A stretch of 64,000 nucleotides of DNA, taken from contig OY730476.1 of assembly GCA_963422735.1 (NCBI GenBank), forward strand, positions 2,848,001 to 2,912,000. The letters are read 5' to 3'. The notes beneath the pieces were generated by a model. The model was not told the origin of the DNA, did no database searches, and worked only from the letters and a program-made list of their open reading frames with translations. Each line of letters begins with the position of its first letter. Position 1 is the stretch's first letter. The position numbers were made by a program, and so were the translations under genes. This document shows positions 49,100 to 59,870 of this stretch, in pieces. The DNA is from Candidatus Latescibacterota bacterium (lineage in GTDB: Bacteria; Latescibacterota; UBA2968; UBA8231).

Positions 49100-51283
49100 A
49101 TGCAGGCAACGCTTGAGCCGCAAACAATAGAGGCCCTTGTACGCGGCGAGTGCGCCAATGTGTTCGCGGTCTTGGGCATGCACCCTTTAGACGACGGATG
49201 GATCGTGCGCACGTTCTTGCCCGATGCGGCGCACGTGCGGGTCGTGGAACGGGGGGGGCAAGGTGCCAGCTTTCCGGCGGCCAAGATCCATGCCGAGGGG
49301 CTGTTCGAGGCGCGAATCGCCTGTCGCAGCACGCCCTTTGCTTACCATCTAGAGGTGACAGACGCACAGGGCGTGGTTCGCGACTGCCGCGACCCGTACT
49401 CATTCTGGCCGCAGTTTGCGCCCCAAGACCAATACCTCTTCAACGAAGGAACGCATTACCACGCCTATGAGGTGCTAGGGGCTCATCCGCGCTGCATCGA
49501 CGGGACGGCGGGCACGTACTTCGCGGTGTGGGCACCGAGTGCCCGCAGGGTCAGCGTGGTCGGCGATTTCAACGGCTGGGATGGTCGGCGGCACTGTATG
49601 CGCCCGTTGGGCGCGGCCGGAGTCTGGGAATTGTTCATCCCCGAGGTGGGTGCGGGTGCGCTCTATAAGTACGAAATCCTCAGCCGCGCCAGCGACGTGC
49701 TGCTCAAGAGCGACCCCTTTGCCTTTGCGGCCGAGTTGCCGCCCCGCACCGCTTCCACAGTCTGCCGGGGCGATGCGTTCGCTTGGGGCGACGACGCTTG
49801 GATGGCCGAGCGACGAGCGAGCAATTGGCCGGAAGCTCCCCTCGCCATCTACGAGGTGCATCTCGGCTCCTGGCGGCGCGATGGCGATGCCTATCTCGAC
49901 TATCGCACACTGGCTCACCAATTGGTCGCTCACGTGGCCGAACTGGGCTTTTCCCACATCGAGTTGATGCCGATAGCCGAGCATCCCTTCGACGGATCGT
50001 GGGGGTATCAAGGAACTGGGTATTTCGCCCCGAGCGCACGCTTTGGTGCCCCTGAGGACTTTGCTTATTTCATCGACTATTGCCACCGCCACGCCATTGG
50101 CGTGATTCTCGACTGGGTGCCCGGGCATTTCCCCGATGACGCCCACGGCTTGGCCCAGTTTGACGGCACCAGCCTCTACGAGCACCGCGACCCGCGCCAA
50201 GGACGGCATCCCGATTGGCAGACCTGCATATTCAACTACGGCCGCGCCGAAGTCCGCTCCTTTCTCATTTCCAACGCCCTTTTTTGGCTCGAGCGCTTTC
50301 ACATTGACGGCCTGCGGGTCGATGCAGTGGCCTCCATGCTCTATCTCGATTACTCGCGCTTAGAAGGGGAATGGGTGCCCAACGCCTATGGCGGGCGCGA
50401 AAACCTCGAAGCCATCGACTTCCTCAAACAGCTCAACACGGCCATCGGCGAGCACTGCCCCGGCACTTTGATGATCGCCGAGGAATCGACTGCTTGGCCG
50501 GAGGTTTCCCGGCCGGCCGACGCCGGCGGCCTCGGCTTTGGCTTCAAGTGGAACATGGGCTGGATGAACGACGTGCTGCGCTACATGCAGCGCGATCCGA
50601 TCCACCGCCGCCATCACCAAGCCGACCTGACCTTTGGCATGCTCTACGCCTATTGCGAAAACTTCGTGTTGCCGCTGTCGCACGACGAGGTAGTACACGG
50701 CAAGTGCTCGCTCTTGAGCAAGATGCCCGGGGACGCTTGGCAGCAACTGGCCAACTTGCGCTTGCTCTACGGCTTGATGTACGGGCATCCAGGCAAGAAG
50801 CTACTCTTTATGGGAGCCGAACTGGCGCAGTGGGAAGAGTGGGATCACCAAGGCGAGTTGCACTGGCACCTGCTCGACGACGAGAGCCACCGCGGCGTCT
50901 ATCGCTGGCTCGGCGATCTGAACCGGCTCTATCGCCGCTGCGCGGCCCTACACCGCACCGATGCGTATCCCGATGGTTTTGAATGGATCGATTGCTCGGA
51001 CTCTAGGCAGAGCATCGCGGCTTTTGCGCGCCGCGCCGAGGGCGAAAAACCCTTAGTCTTCGTCTGCAATTTTACCCCAGTCCCCCGAGTGGACTACCAG
51101 CTCGGGCTACCAGCCGCCGGGCCGTACCGCGAGGTGCTCAACAGCGACGCCGAAATCTACGGTGGCAGCGGCATAGGCCACGGCGGCTGGGTGCAAACCG
51201 AGGAAGTCGCCTGCCACGGCCAGCCGCATTCGGCGCGGTTGCACCTGCCGCCGCTGGGCGTGCTGGTTCTAGAGCCGAAATAG
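49100..51283 (+). CDS. glgB: 1,4-alpha-glucan branching enzyme
   Basis: [34 protein letters not shown] and SHDEVVHGK motifs. Confidence 0.97.
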   Translation: MQATLEPQTIEALVRGECANVFAVLGMHPLDDGWIVRTFLPDAAHVRVVERGGQGASFPAAKIHAEGLFEARIACRSTPFAYHLEVTDAQGVVRDCRDPYSFWPQFAPQDQYLFNEGTHYHAYEVLGAHPRCIDGTAGTYFAVWAPSARRVSVVGDFNGWDGRRHCMRPLGAAGVWELFIPEVGAGALYKYEILSRASDVLLKSDPFAFAAELPPRTASTVCRGDAFAWGDDAWMAERRASNWPEAPLAIYEVHLGSWRRDGDAYLDYRTLAHQLVAHVAELGFSHIELMPIAEHPFDGSWGYQGTGYFAPSARFGAPEDFAYFIDYCHRHAIGVILDWVPGHFPDDAHGLAQFDGTSLYEHRDPRQGRHPDWQTCIFNYGRAEVRSFLISNALFWLERFHIDGLRVDAVASMLYLDYSRLEGEWVPNAYGGRENLEAIDFLKQLNTAIGEHCPGTLMIAEESTAWPEVSRPADAGGLGFGFKWNMGWMNDVLRYMQRDPIHRRHHQADLTFGMLYAYCENFVLPLSHDEVVHGKCSLLSKMPGDAWQQLANLRLLYGLMYGHPGKKLLFMGAELAQWEEWDHQGELHWHLLDDESHRGVYRWLGDLNRLYRRCAALHRTDAYPDGFEWIDCSDSRQSIAAFARRAEGEKPLVFVCNFTPVPRVDYQLGLPAAGPYREVLNSDAEIYGGSGIGHGGWVQTEEVACHGQPHSARLHLPPLGVLVLEPK

Positions 51284-51288
51284 AGGCC

Positions 51289-52128
51289 ATGCTTGAGATA
51301 ATTTCACACCGTGAACTGCGGCGGCTCGGCAAACAGCGCCTTGCGCTGATCGGCGGCGCGGTTTTGGCGGGCGCGGTTCTAGCCGCGCTGTTAGCACCGC
51401 TGTTGGCACCATACGATCCACTGGCGCAAAACCTCTATGCGCGCTTGCAGCCGCCGTCGGCGAGCCATTGGCTGGGAACGGACGACTTTGGCCGCGACAT
51501 CTTCAGCCGCATCGTGTACGGCGCCCGCATCTCATTGCGGATCGGGCTGGTCGCCATCGCGCTGGCCGCTTCCTCCGGCACCTTGCTCGGCCTCGTGGCG
51601 GGGTATCGCGGCGGGGTCGCCGACATGCTCATCATGCGGCTGATGGACTTGATGCTGGCCTTCCCCAGCATCCTTTTGGCCATTGCCATCGTCGCCGTCA
51701 TTGGGCCGGGCATCGACAATGCCATTCTCGCCGTCAGCATCGTGTTGGTGCCGCAATTTGCCCGCCTCATGCGCTCCTCGGTGTTGACCGTGCGCGAGGC
51801 CACGTACGTCGAGGCCGCACGTGCGCTGGGGGCGAGCGAATCGCGGCTGCTGTTTTACAGCATCTTACCCAACTGCACAGTCCCGCTCATCGTGCAAGCC
51901 ACGCTCAGCTTGGGCACGGCCATCCTCGACGCGGCCGGGTTGAGCTTTTTGGGATTGGGGGCCCAGCCGCCGACCCCCGAGTGGGGGGCCATGCTGTCCG
52001 GGGGGCGCGAACTGCTCTTACAAGCACCTTGGGTTATGGCTTTTCCCGGGCTGGCCATCTTTGCAGTCGTCCTCGCGCTCAACCTCTTTGGCGACGGGCT
52101 TAGAGACGCCTTGGATCCAAAAATTTAG
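51289..52128 (+). CDS. Peptide/nickel ABC transporter permease, DppC/OppC-type
   Basis: HWLGTDDFGRD, YVEAARALG and PEWG...GDGLRDALDP motifs. Confidence 0.93.
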   Translation: MLEIISHRELRRLGKQRLALIGGAVLAGAVLAALLAPLLAPYDPLAQNLYARLQPPSASHWLGTDDFGRDIFSRIVYGARISLRIGLVAIALAASSGTLLGLVAGYRGGVADMLIMRLMDLMLAFPSILLAIAIVAVIGPGIDNAILAVSIVLVPQFARLMRSSVLTVREATYVEAARALGASESRLLFYSILPNCTVPLIVQATLSLGTAILDAAGLSFLGLGAQPPTPEWGAMLSGGRELLLQAPWVMAFPGLAIFAVVLALNLFGDGLRDALDPKI

Positions 52129-52152
52129 ACTCTCCACCAATGGAGACCGCAG

Positions 52153-53394
52153 ATGAACCCAATTCCGGCACAACCTACTGCCCCGGCACGCATTGAATAT
52201 CTGAAGGTGCAGAACTTCCGTGCCCTGCGGCATGTCGAGCTCAAAAACCTGACGCCGCTAACGGTGTTGCTCGGCCCCAACGGCAGCGGCAAGTCCACCG
52301 TATTCGACGTGTTCGCTTTTCTGGCGGAATGCTTCGAGTTGGGACTGCGCCGCGCCTGGGATAAGCGCGGGCGGAGCAAAGAGCTTACGTCCCGAGGCAA
52401 GGATGGACCGGTAGTAATCGAGATCAAGTACCGAGAGCAGCCGGGACAGCCGCTCATCACCTACCACTTGGCCGTCGACGAGCGCAACCGCGCCCCGGTG
52501 GTCGCCGAAGAGTGGCTTCAATGGCGGCGGGGCCAGCGCGGAAAACCGTTTCGATTCCTCCAATACGAGCGCGGCCAAGGCCGGGCGGTCAGCGGCGATC
52601 AGCCAGACGAACAGGATAGACGGATAGAAATCCCTCTCAACGCACCCGACCTGCTGGCAGTCAATGCCCTAGGACAGTTCGCCGATCACCCACGCGTGGC
52701 AGCACTGCGCCAGTTCATCACGGGCTGGCATGTCTCGTATCTCTCGGCAGACAGCGCACGCAGCCAGCCCGAAGCTGGGCCGCAAGAGCAGTTGAGCAAA
52801 ATGGGCGACAACCTCGCCAACGTCATTCAGTACTTGGCCGAGCAGCACCCAGAGCGACTCGAGCGCATCTTTGAGGTGCTGCGCCAGCGCGTACCGCGCA
52901 TTGAAAAGGTATTGGCCGATACCATGCCCGACGGCCGCCTGCTGTTGCAAATCAAGGACGCTCCGTTCAGCCATCCGGTGCTGGCGCGCTTCGCCTCCGA
53001 CGGTACGCTCAAAATGCTGGCCTACCTCGTGCTGCTCCACGACCCTGCCCCACCGCCTTTTATCGGCATCGAGGAGCCGGAGAATTTCCTCCATCCCCGG
53101 CTGCTTCTGGAACTGGCCGAGGAGTGCCGCGCAGCCGGCGAGCGCACCCAGCTATTGGTCACCACGCATTCCCCTTTCTTCCTCAACGCTTTGCGACCCA
53201 AAGAGGTGCGCGTCCTCTGGCGCGACGACGAGGGCTACACGCAAACGCAATGCGTCGCGGATATAGAGGAAGTGCGGGCGTTCATCGATCAAGGAGCACT
53301 GCTCGGCCACCTGTGGATGGAGGGTTACTTCAACGTGGGCGATCCACTAGTCAACCAAGGCGGGACTACCGGACCACCCACTCAGACAGGATAA
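52153..53394 (+). CDS. ABC-type ATPase (AAA_21/AAA_15-like)
   Basis: QNFRAL, Walker [23 protein letters not shown] and TTHSP motifs; no TM segment. Confidence 0.9.
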   Translation: MNPIPAQPTAPARIEYLKVQNFRALRHVELKNLTPLTVLLGPNGSGKSTVFDVFAFLAECFELGLRRAWDKRGRSKELTSRGKDGPVVIEIKYREQPGQPLITYHLAVDERNRAPVVAEEWLQWRRGQRGKPFRFLQYERGQGRAVSGDQPDEQDRRIEIPLNAPDLLAVNALGQFADHPRVAALRQFITGWHVSYLSADSARSQPEAGPQEQLSKMGDNLANVIQYLAEQHPERLERIFEVLRQRVPRIEKVLADTMPDGRLLLQIKDAPFSHPVLARFASDGTLKMLAYLVLLHDPAPPPFIGIEEPENFLHPRLLLELAEECRAAGERTQLLVTTHSPFFLNALRPKEVRVLWRDDEGYTQTQCVADIEEVRAFIDQGALLGHLWMEGYFNVGDPLVNQGGTTGPPTQTG

Positions 53395-54012
53395 ATGATG
53401 ACGCATCCCCATCTCGAATTTCTGGTCGAAGAACCTTCTATGGAGGCATTCCTGCATGTATTACTCCCGCGCCTGTTTTCCGACTGCACCTTTCGCGTCC
53501 ATGCGTTTCAGGGCAAACCAGACATGTTGGATAAATTACAGGCTCGCCTAAAGGGCTACGCCCATTGGCCGTCGAACTATGGGCGTATCGTCGTGGTGAT
53601 TGATTGCGACGACGACGATTGCCACCAACTCAAGCAACAACTCAAAGAGGCAGCGACCACAGCGGGGTTGAGCACTCGTTCAGGATCCGGTAGGCACCGC
53701 TGGCAAGTGGTAAACCGCATCGCAATTGAAGAAATTGAAGCGTGGTACTTCGGCGATTGGGAGGCGGTGAGATGCGCCTATCCGAAGGTGTCGCCAACCG
53801 TTCCAAGTCAAGCAAAATATCGCAACCCCGATGCGATAAAAGGCGGCACTTGGGAGGCGTTTGAACGCATCTTGCAGAAAGGCGGCTACTACAAAAATGG
53901 GCTACGCAAAGCAGAAGCGGCGCGTACCATTGCCGCTCACATCAACCCCGCCGGCAGCCGCTCCCAGAGCTTTGCGAAATTCTGCGACGCTCTCGTCGAG
54001 GCGATGGCATAA
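53395..54012 (+). CDS. DUF4276 family protein (TOPRIM-like)
   Basis: FLVEEPSME, VIDCDDDDC and IEEIEAWYFGD motifs; directly abuts the ATPase stop. Confidence 0.8.
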   Translation: MMTHPHLEFLVEEPSMEAFLHVLLPRLFSDCTFRVHAFQGKPDMLDKLQARLKGYAHWPSNYGRIVVVIDCDDDDCHQLKQQLKEAATTAGLSTRSGSGRHRWQVVNRIAIEEIEAWYFGDWEAVRCAYPKVSPTVPSQAKYRNPDAIKGGTWEAFERILQKGGYYKNGLRKAEAARTIAAHINPAGSRSQSFAKFCDALVEAMA

Positions 54013-54046
54013 TGCGCGGCTTCCTAGACACCGCTAATACCAGATT

Positions 54047-55933
54047 ATGAACAACGTCTCGCACCTCCTCTCCCTGCTCTGCTCCCTCGCGCTGGCAGCG
54101 GGCGGCTGCACGGGTCTGCGGATGAACAACGCGCCCGCAAAGCCGACGAACCCCAACCAAGCCATGCAATACTTCGTCAAGGCCAAGGTCTTTGAAGCTC
54201 AGCACAACTACCTCGGCGCGATAGTCGCCCTGCGCAACGCGGCCGACCTCGACCCGACTTCGCCCACCATCTACGCTCGCCTCGCTTACAATTACCAGCG
54301 CATCGACGACGCCCAGATGGCTGCCCACTTCGCGCACAAGGGCTTGGCATTGGACGGTAGCCAAGTGAGGTTGCGCCGCCTGCTGATTCGGCTCCTAGAG
54401 CGCGAAGGAGACCGCGAGAGCGCTATCGACCACATCAAAGAACTGCTGCGCTACGAGCCGGCCAATTGGCCGCTCTACCGCCACTTGGCCTATCTCTACT
54501 TTGAAACGGGCCAACCCGAGCGAATCGCCCCGCTCTTCAAGGAGGTGTTCGCCCAAGAGCAAGTGCCAGCGGCGGTCGAGGTGGACATAGCCAGCATTTT
54601 TTCTCGCATCGGCCTGCAAGAAGAGGCCGAGCACATCTACCGCCGGGTCCTTGCGGCCGACCCCACGATCGAGGACGCTTGGCTAGGGCTAGCCGAGCTC
54701 AGGTTGGCGCAGGGGCACCGCCACGAGGCTATCGCCATCTACCGAGAGGCCGCGGGCCATCTGCCCGACAGCAGCGTTCCCTACCACTTGGCGCGGCTAA
54801 TGGTCACCGAGCACGACCTAGAGGAAATCCTCGCCGAAGAGGGTGCCCAGGTGCTCTACCATTTGGGAGTGGCCCTGTCCGAGGCTGGAGAGTACGATCA
54901 AGCGACGTTGGTCTTTAAGCGCATCGTCGAGATGCAGCCCCAAATGGTCGATCAGTGGATCGACCTAGCGCGCTACTACATCTACTTGGAGGATTACGAC
55001 GATGCTACCGCCGTCCTCGGCCAAGCGGCAGAGGCCATGCCCGACAGCAGCGAGATTTACCTGTACTGGGGGACGGCTCTAGAGAGCACTGGTCGCTACG
55101 ACGAGGCCATCGCCGTGTACCAGCGCGGCCTTGAGCACCTGCCCGACGCGGTCGATCTGTATTTGTACTGGGGACTCGCGCTAGAGCAACAAGACGCTTG
55201 GGCAGAGGCGATTGGCGTCTATAGTCAAGCACTCGCAGTATCCCCGGGCCACGCCACGCTGCACGTGCGGTGGGGCATCAGCTTGGGGCGGCAGGGGCAG
55301 TGGGAAGACGCGCTGGCCCAATACGAAACAGCGACCTCGCTCGACTCCGCGTACAGCCCGGCCTTTTTGCACTGGGGCATCGCCCTAGAGGAGCTAGAGC
55401 GCTGGGAAGCGGCGCTTGAAAAGCTGGAGCAGGCCGTTGCGCTTTCCAAGGACAAGGGCCACGCGCTCTTTTACCTCGGTTCCTGCTATGAGCAGGCCTC
55501 GCGCAAACTTAGCCACGACGAGTACTTCGACCGTTCAGTAGAGACCTTTCAACGCCTGTTGGAAATCGAACCAAACGATGCCTACGCCCTCAACTATCTC
55601 GGCTATATGTACGCAGACAAGGGCGTGCGGCTAACAGAAGCGGTTGCGCTCTTGGAAAAGGCGATCGCGCTCGAGCCGGATAACAGCGCGTTCCTCGATA
55701 GCATCGGCTGGGCCTATTTCCGCCTCGGCGAGCTAGCGCAGGCCGAGCACTACCTGCAACAAGCCTTGGACCAGATGGACGAGGGCGATCCCGAGGAGCA
55801 GGCCGTGATCTTCGAGCACGCTGGCGACATTGCCAGCGCCCTCGGAAAAATGGCCGAAGCGCGTGCGCATTGGCACAAGGTGCTGGAACTCGCGCCTGAC
55901 AACGAAGAGATCCGGCGCAAGCTGCTGCCATGA
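54047..55933 (+). CDS. TPR lipoprotein
   Basis: Lipobox AGGC; ALNYLGYMYAD...FLDSIGWAYF TPR pattern. Confidence 0.88.
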   Translation: MNNVSHLLSLLCSLALAAGGCTGLRMNNAPAKPTNPNQAMQYFVKAKVFEAQHNYLGAIVALRNAADLDPTSPTIYARLAYNYQRIDDAQMAAHFAHKGLALDGSQVRLRRLLIRLLEREGDRESAIDHIKELLRYEPANWPLYRHLAYLYFETGQPERIAPLFKEVFAQEQVPAAVEVDIASIFSRIGLQEEAEHIYRRVLAADPTIEDAWLGLAELRLAQGHRHEAIAIYREAAGHLPDSSVPYHLARLMVTEHDLEEILAEEGAQVLYHLGVALSEAGEYDQATLVFKRIVEMQPQMVDQWIDLARYYIYLEDYDDATAVLGQAAEAMPDSSEIYLYWGTALESTGRYDEAIAVYQRGLEHLPDAVDLYLYWGLALEQQDAWAEAIGVYSQALAVSPGHATLHVRWGISLGRQGQWEDALAQYETATSLDSAYSPAFLHWGIALEELERWEAALEKLEQAVALSKDKGHALFYLGSCYEQASRKLSHDEYFDRSVETFQRLLEIEPNDAYALNYLGYMYADKGVRLTEAVALLEKAIALEPDNSAFLDSIGWAYFRLGELAQAEHYLQQALDQMDEGDPEEQAVIFEHAGDIASALGKMAEARAHWHKVLELAPDNEEIRRKLLP

Positions 55934-56679
55934 TGTCCACGTGGTCGAAGTGGTTCGCGCTCTGCGCCCTAGTGCTAGCTTGCACGCCGCCGATGGTGGT
56001 GCGGGAAGGCTGGGATGCGGCCCAAGGGCCGGCCGCCTTGCTCGCAGCCTCGGCGTCCCTCGCCCAGTTCGAGGATTTGACGGCGGAAGCTGCCATTGAG
56101 TTGCGGCGCGGTGCGGTGCGCGATCAGGGCACGGCCCTTGTGCAGCTAATCAATCCAGATATTTTCCGCGTCGAAGTGCGCGGCCCCTTTTTCACGCACA
56201 TTTTTACGGCCCTGCTCGAAGGCGACAGCCTGACCGTGTACGGACGGGGCATGAATCCGCCCTTAAAAGGACCAATGCGCGGCCGGTTGCTGACCACGCT
56301 GACCGGGTTGGACCTCGGGGCGTGCGACTTGCGCTACGCCTTGCTCGGCTTCGTCGAGCCGGGTTCCATCGTCGAGCCGGTCGAGTATCCGCGCGCCGAC
56401 CACGCAATAGTCGCGCTCACAGGCGGGCGGCGGGCGTGGCTGGACCTGCGCCGCGGCTTGGTTTTGCGCGAAAGCATCCCGCTGCCCGAGGGCGATGTCC
56501 TGCTCCGCGAGCTAGGAGAATACCACCGGGAAGACGCTTTTTACCTGCCGCGCCGAGTGGAGATCCGCCAAGCCGATGTAGCGCTGGTGTTGGATTACAA
56601 ACGCTATGCCTTCAACAGCGGACTAGACGCCAGCCAACTGCAACAGGGGCTACCTGCGGGCGTGATGAGAGTGCCGTGA
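55930..56679 (+). CDS. Lipoprotein, DUF4292/LolB-like
   Basis: Lipobox VLAC; FRVEVRGP segment; follows the TPR gene as in tpr-lolB synteny. Confidence 0.5.
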   Translation: MMSTWSKWFALCALVLACTPPMVVREGWDAAQGPAALLAASASLAQFEDLTAEAAIELRRGAVRDQGTALVQLINPDIFRVEVRGPFFTHIFTALLEGDSLTVYGRGMNPPLKGPMRGRLLTTLTGLDLGACDLRYALLGFVEPGSIVEPVEYPRADHAIVALTGGRRAWLDLRRGLVLRESIPLPEGDVLLRELGEYHREDAFYLPRRVEIRQADVALVLDYKRYAFNSGLDASQLQQGLPAGVMRVP

Positions 56680-56723
56680 GGGGCTGCATCGTTGACAGTC
56701 ATAGGACCCAATACGTACTGTAG

Positions 56724-57021
56724 CTGATGTTACGCAGCTTTTGTCCTGTCTGCGCTTCGCCTTGCGGCAGCAAGACAAGCCGGCATCCAGCGTGTTCGGG
56801 CTTGGGTGCGTTCCGTCGAACCGCTGAGCGACTCGATGACTCGACGAAGGGCACCGATGCCTGTCCCCGTGCAGATGGGGGTCCGCATCGTGCGCGGGGC
56901 TGGATGGCACGCCTAAAAGCCTGCGCCCGTGAAAACGGGTGGCGCGGTGAAGCCCGTGTGCGCGGGAAGGGCAAGGGAGGGCGGCAGGAAGCCGCTGACG
57001 ATAACGACTGCCCAACATCAG
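56724..57021. mobile_element. MITE-like element related to 26830..27063
   Basis: Left end CTGATGTTACGCAG; right end reads CTGATGTTGGGCAG on the other strand; shares internal GCCTAAA and GGTGAAGC words with the first copy; no clear TSD. Confidence 0.6.
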
Positions 57022-57050
57022 TTCAATAATACATTTGGGGAGAAAATTCC

Positions 57051-58187
57051 ATGAGCAAACTCAAAGTAGGCATGATCGGCGGCGGCGGCCCCGATTCTTT
57101 TTTCGGCATGGTCCACAACCGTGCCATCGCGCTCGACGCCAGCCGCGCATTGGTCGCGGGTGCGCTGCGCTCCAGCCCAGAGGCGGCGATGAGCGCTGCC
57201 GACGACTACGGCATCCAGGGTTATCCCACCTACCAAGCCCTGCTAGAGGCCGTGCAAAACGGCGAGCAAGCCCTCGATTACGTCACCATCGTCACCCCCA
57301 ACTTCGCCCACTACGAGCCGGCCAAAGCCTTTTTGCAGGCGGGCATTCCCGTACTCTGCGAAAAGCCGATCACCATGACAGTGGCCGAAGCCGAAGACTT
57401 GGCACAGATCGTCGTGCGCGAGCAGGTGCCCTTTGTGCTGGCCCATACCTATACGGGCCATCCCATGATGATGCTAGCCAAGGAAATGATCCGAAACGGC
57501 GAGATCGGCCAAGTCCGCAAGGTGGTTTCCTGGTACAATCAGGGCTGGCTGGCCACGGCACTGGAACAGACCGGCCAGCAGCAGGCGTCTTGGCGTACCG
57601 ATCCCGAGCGCACGGGAATTTCCAATTGCGGCGGCGACATTGGTACGCACGCCTTTATCGCGGCGACTTGGGTTACTGGGCTAGCCGTTGAGCGGGTCTC
57701 GGCGCGGCTCAACACCTTTGTCGAAGGCCGCGTACTCGACGACGACTTCAACGCGATCGGCGAACTAGAAAACGGCGGCACCGCCCTGATCACGGCCACG
57801 CAGATCGCGGTTGGCTACCGCAACGACAACGGCTTCCGCATCTTCGGCACCAAAGGCTCTATTGAATGGCATCAGGAGCGGGCCGAATGCCTGCTGGTGC
57901 GCCATGGCGATGGCCGCGACATTACCTACTGGACTGGTGCTGAATTCGACCTGCCCGCGTCGGTCGCCTCGTATTTGCGGGTGCCCTCGGGACACCACGA
58001 AGACTTCTTCCCGGCCCTCGCCAATCTCCACACCACCATCGAGCGGCTCATTCGCACGCGCCGTGGCGAACAGAACGTACCCGTGGCCTTTCCGCATCCG
58101 GGCGTGGAAGAGGGCGTAGCGGGTATGAAATTCGTCGCGGCCGCAGTAGGATCTTCGAAAAACGAAGGAGCGTGGACGCCAGTCTAA
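57051..58187 (+). CDS. Gfo/Idh/MocA family oxidoreductase
   Basis: GMIGGG, TPNFAH, CEKP, WRTDP and GDIGTH motifs. Confidence 0.93.
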   Translation: MSKLKVGMIGGGGPDSFFGMVHNRAIALDASRALVAGALRSSPEAAMSAADDYGIQGYPTYQALLEAVQNGEQALDYVTIVTPNFAHYEPAKAFLQAGIPVLCEKPITMTVAEAEDLAQIVVREQVPFVLAHTYTGHPMMMLAKEMIRNGEIGQVRKVVSWYNQGWLATALEQTGQQQASWRTDPERTGISNCGGDIGTHAFIAATWVTGLAVERVSARLNTFVEGRVLDDDFNAIGELENGGTALITATQIAVGYRNDNGFRIFGTKGSIEWHQERAECLLVRHGDGRDITYWTGAEFDLPASVASYLRVPSGHHEDFFPALANLHTTIERLIRTRRGEQNVPVAFPHPGVEEGVAGMKFVAAAVGSSKNEGAWTPV

Positions 58188-58203
58188 CATGCGACTTAAT
58201 AAG

Positions 58204-58363
58204 GAAGTCCTAACCAAACCCTCTGCTGGCGTCGCACGGCAACGCCGAGAGTGGCCGGCGTTGCCCTCGGTCGGCCTATTGCTTACATAGGCCTCCGCTG
58301 GGTGCCTTGCCCATGGCCTTGCTCGTGCGCTTAGGCCGACGCCGGGCGTTTGGTTAGGGCCTC
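58204..58363. mobile_element. MITE/REP-like element with 16-bp TIRs
   Basis: GAAGTCCTAACCAAAC ... GTTTGGTTAGGGCCTC (2 mismatches); internal GGCCTAT/ATAGGCC hairpin. Confidence 0.65.
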
Positions 58364-58423
58364 TAAAAACTAATCTGCTCGAATTTTATATCCCCATATA
58401 CCGCGATATAGGAGATATATTCA

Positions 58424-59322
58424 ATGGCATATCGCTGGGAAGTTCCCGCACCGCTCGCCACAGCCGAGATCCGCACAGCCGACGGCACCCGCATCATCTT
58501 TCGGCGGCAGGGCAACCCGCAAGGCCCGAGGATCGTCCTAAGCCACGGCAACGGACTGGCGAGCGATCTGTATATCCCTTCTGGTCCCTGGTTACAGGCC
58601 GTTTCGACGTCGTCCTCTACGACTTCCGCAGCCACGGTTGGAATCCAGTGGCCGATATTCGCACCCATAACATCGCGTCCTTTGTCGAGGACAACGAGTG
58701 CCTCATTCGAGGCACTGACCAGCACTTCGGAGAGAAGCCCAAAATTGGTGTATTCCATTCCCTGTCCGTAGTGACGGCGGTCAACCACGATCCTCCGGGG
58801 CGAGGATTTGCAGCCCTGATCCTCTTCGACCCACCTATTTATCCTACCAGCGGCAATATTGCGGAACTCGAAGCCCTCGGGAATATGTTTGGCGAAAGTG
58901 CCCGTCGGCGCCGGGACCGATTCGAGACGTGGGAAGAGCTTGCCAAGACTGTCCGCAACTGGCCTACGTTCGCCCTGCTGCTGCCCGGCGTTGCAGACCT
59001 CTACGCACGGACGTTGCTGCGGTCCGCCGCCGACAGCAAGGGCTACATCCTTTACTGCCCAAGCGAGTACGAGGCCAACATATTCGAGTATCTCCTAGCG
59101 TACACTTTTGAAGCCTCGGCAGAGTCCTTTGCCTGCCCCGTGAAGGTAATAGGAGCAGATCCGACGCTGAATTTCTCATTCCTGCCGGGTATGGATCTCA
59201 CCACTCTCACCGGTCTTGAATACGACTTTGTGCCCGATACAACCCATTTTCTCCAAATCGAAAAACCAGAGGTGCGCGTCGTCTCTATGCTGGAGTTTCT
59301 GGAACGTCACGGACTCGTGTAG
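58424..59322 (+). pseudogene. Alpha/beta hydrolase with a frameshift near 58572
   Basis: LSHGNG in one frame; PFWSL...YDFRSHG...GVFHSLS...THFLQIE in another. Confidence 0.8.
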
Positions 59323-59404
59323 GAGGGTATAGAGTCGCTTTTTTTGCTCTTCCAATCCGTTCAGTAAGGCAATCTCATTCAAATAGGAATCCAAAAGAAA
59401 AAGC

Positions 59405-59679
59405 ATGACAAAAAACACAGGAAAGCATGCGGGCAAATCGCGCAATAGCCTCCAGATGTCACCCGAACTCATGGGCGATCTGGGACGCAAGGCGGTGGAG
59501 CTTTTGGTGGCGAGAATCGATGGCTTGCCCGAGGAAAATGCCTCGGAAGGGGATCTCCAACAAGTACTTGAGGCCCAACTCATGGAGGATCCGCCCGAAG
59601 ATGGCCGGTGACCAAAGTGCTCGAGCGAGCGGCGCACGATATTCTCTATGTCGCAACCCGCATGGATCATCTGCACTCG
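59405..59679 (+). pseudogene. N-terminal remnant of a PLP-dependent decarboxylase
   Basis: MSPELMGDLGRKAVELL...EDPPEDG...RMDH, cut off at the duplicated Gfo tail. Confidence 0.55.
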
Positions 59680-59786
59680 CCGTGGCCTTTCCGCATCCGG
59701 GCGTGAAAGAGGGCGTAGCGGGGATGAAATTCGTCGCGGACGCAGTAGAATCGTCCAAAAACAGCGGTGCGTGGACGCAGATTTAG
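59680..59786 (+). repeat. Diverged copy of the last 107 nt of the Gfo/Idh/MocA gene (58081..58187)
   Basis: Ungapped alignment, 92/107 identical by hand count; encodes VAFPHPGVKEGVAGMKFVADAVESSKNSGAWTQI*. Confidence 0.92.
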
Positions 59787-59800
59787 TTGTGCATCGCTTC

Positions 59801-59829
59801 TTGAAATTATGTCAACGCTATGTTATCTT
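59801..59829 (+). promoter_or_regulatory. Candidate sigma70 promoter for the spondin gene
   Basis: TTGAAA-N17-TATCTT with an extended -10 TG; RBS GAGGAG before ATG 59871. Confidence 0.45.
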
Positions 59830-59870
59830 GTGGATGAGAGTCCATAAACCCTTCTTGAGGAGAATTTTCC

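Noticed and set aside
58081-59786. Diversity-generating retroelement TR/VR pair
   Set aside because: Only 5 or 6 of the 15 mismatches involve an adenine in either copy, and there is no reverse transcriptase in the window.
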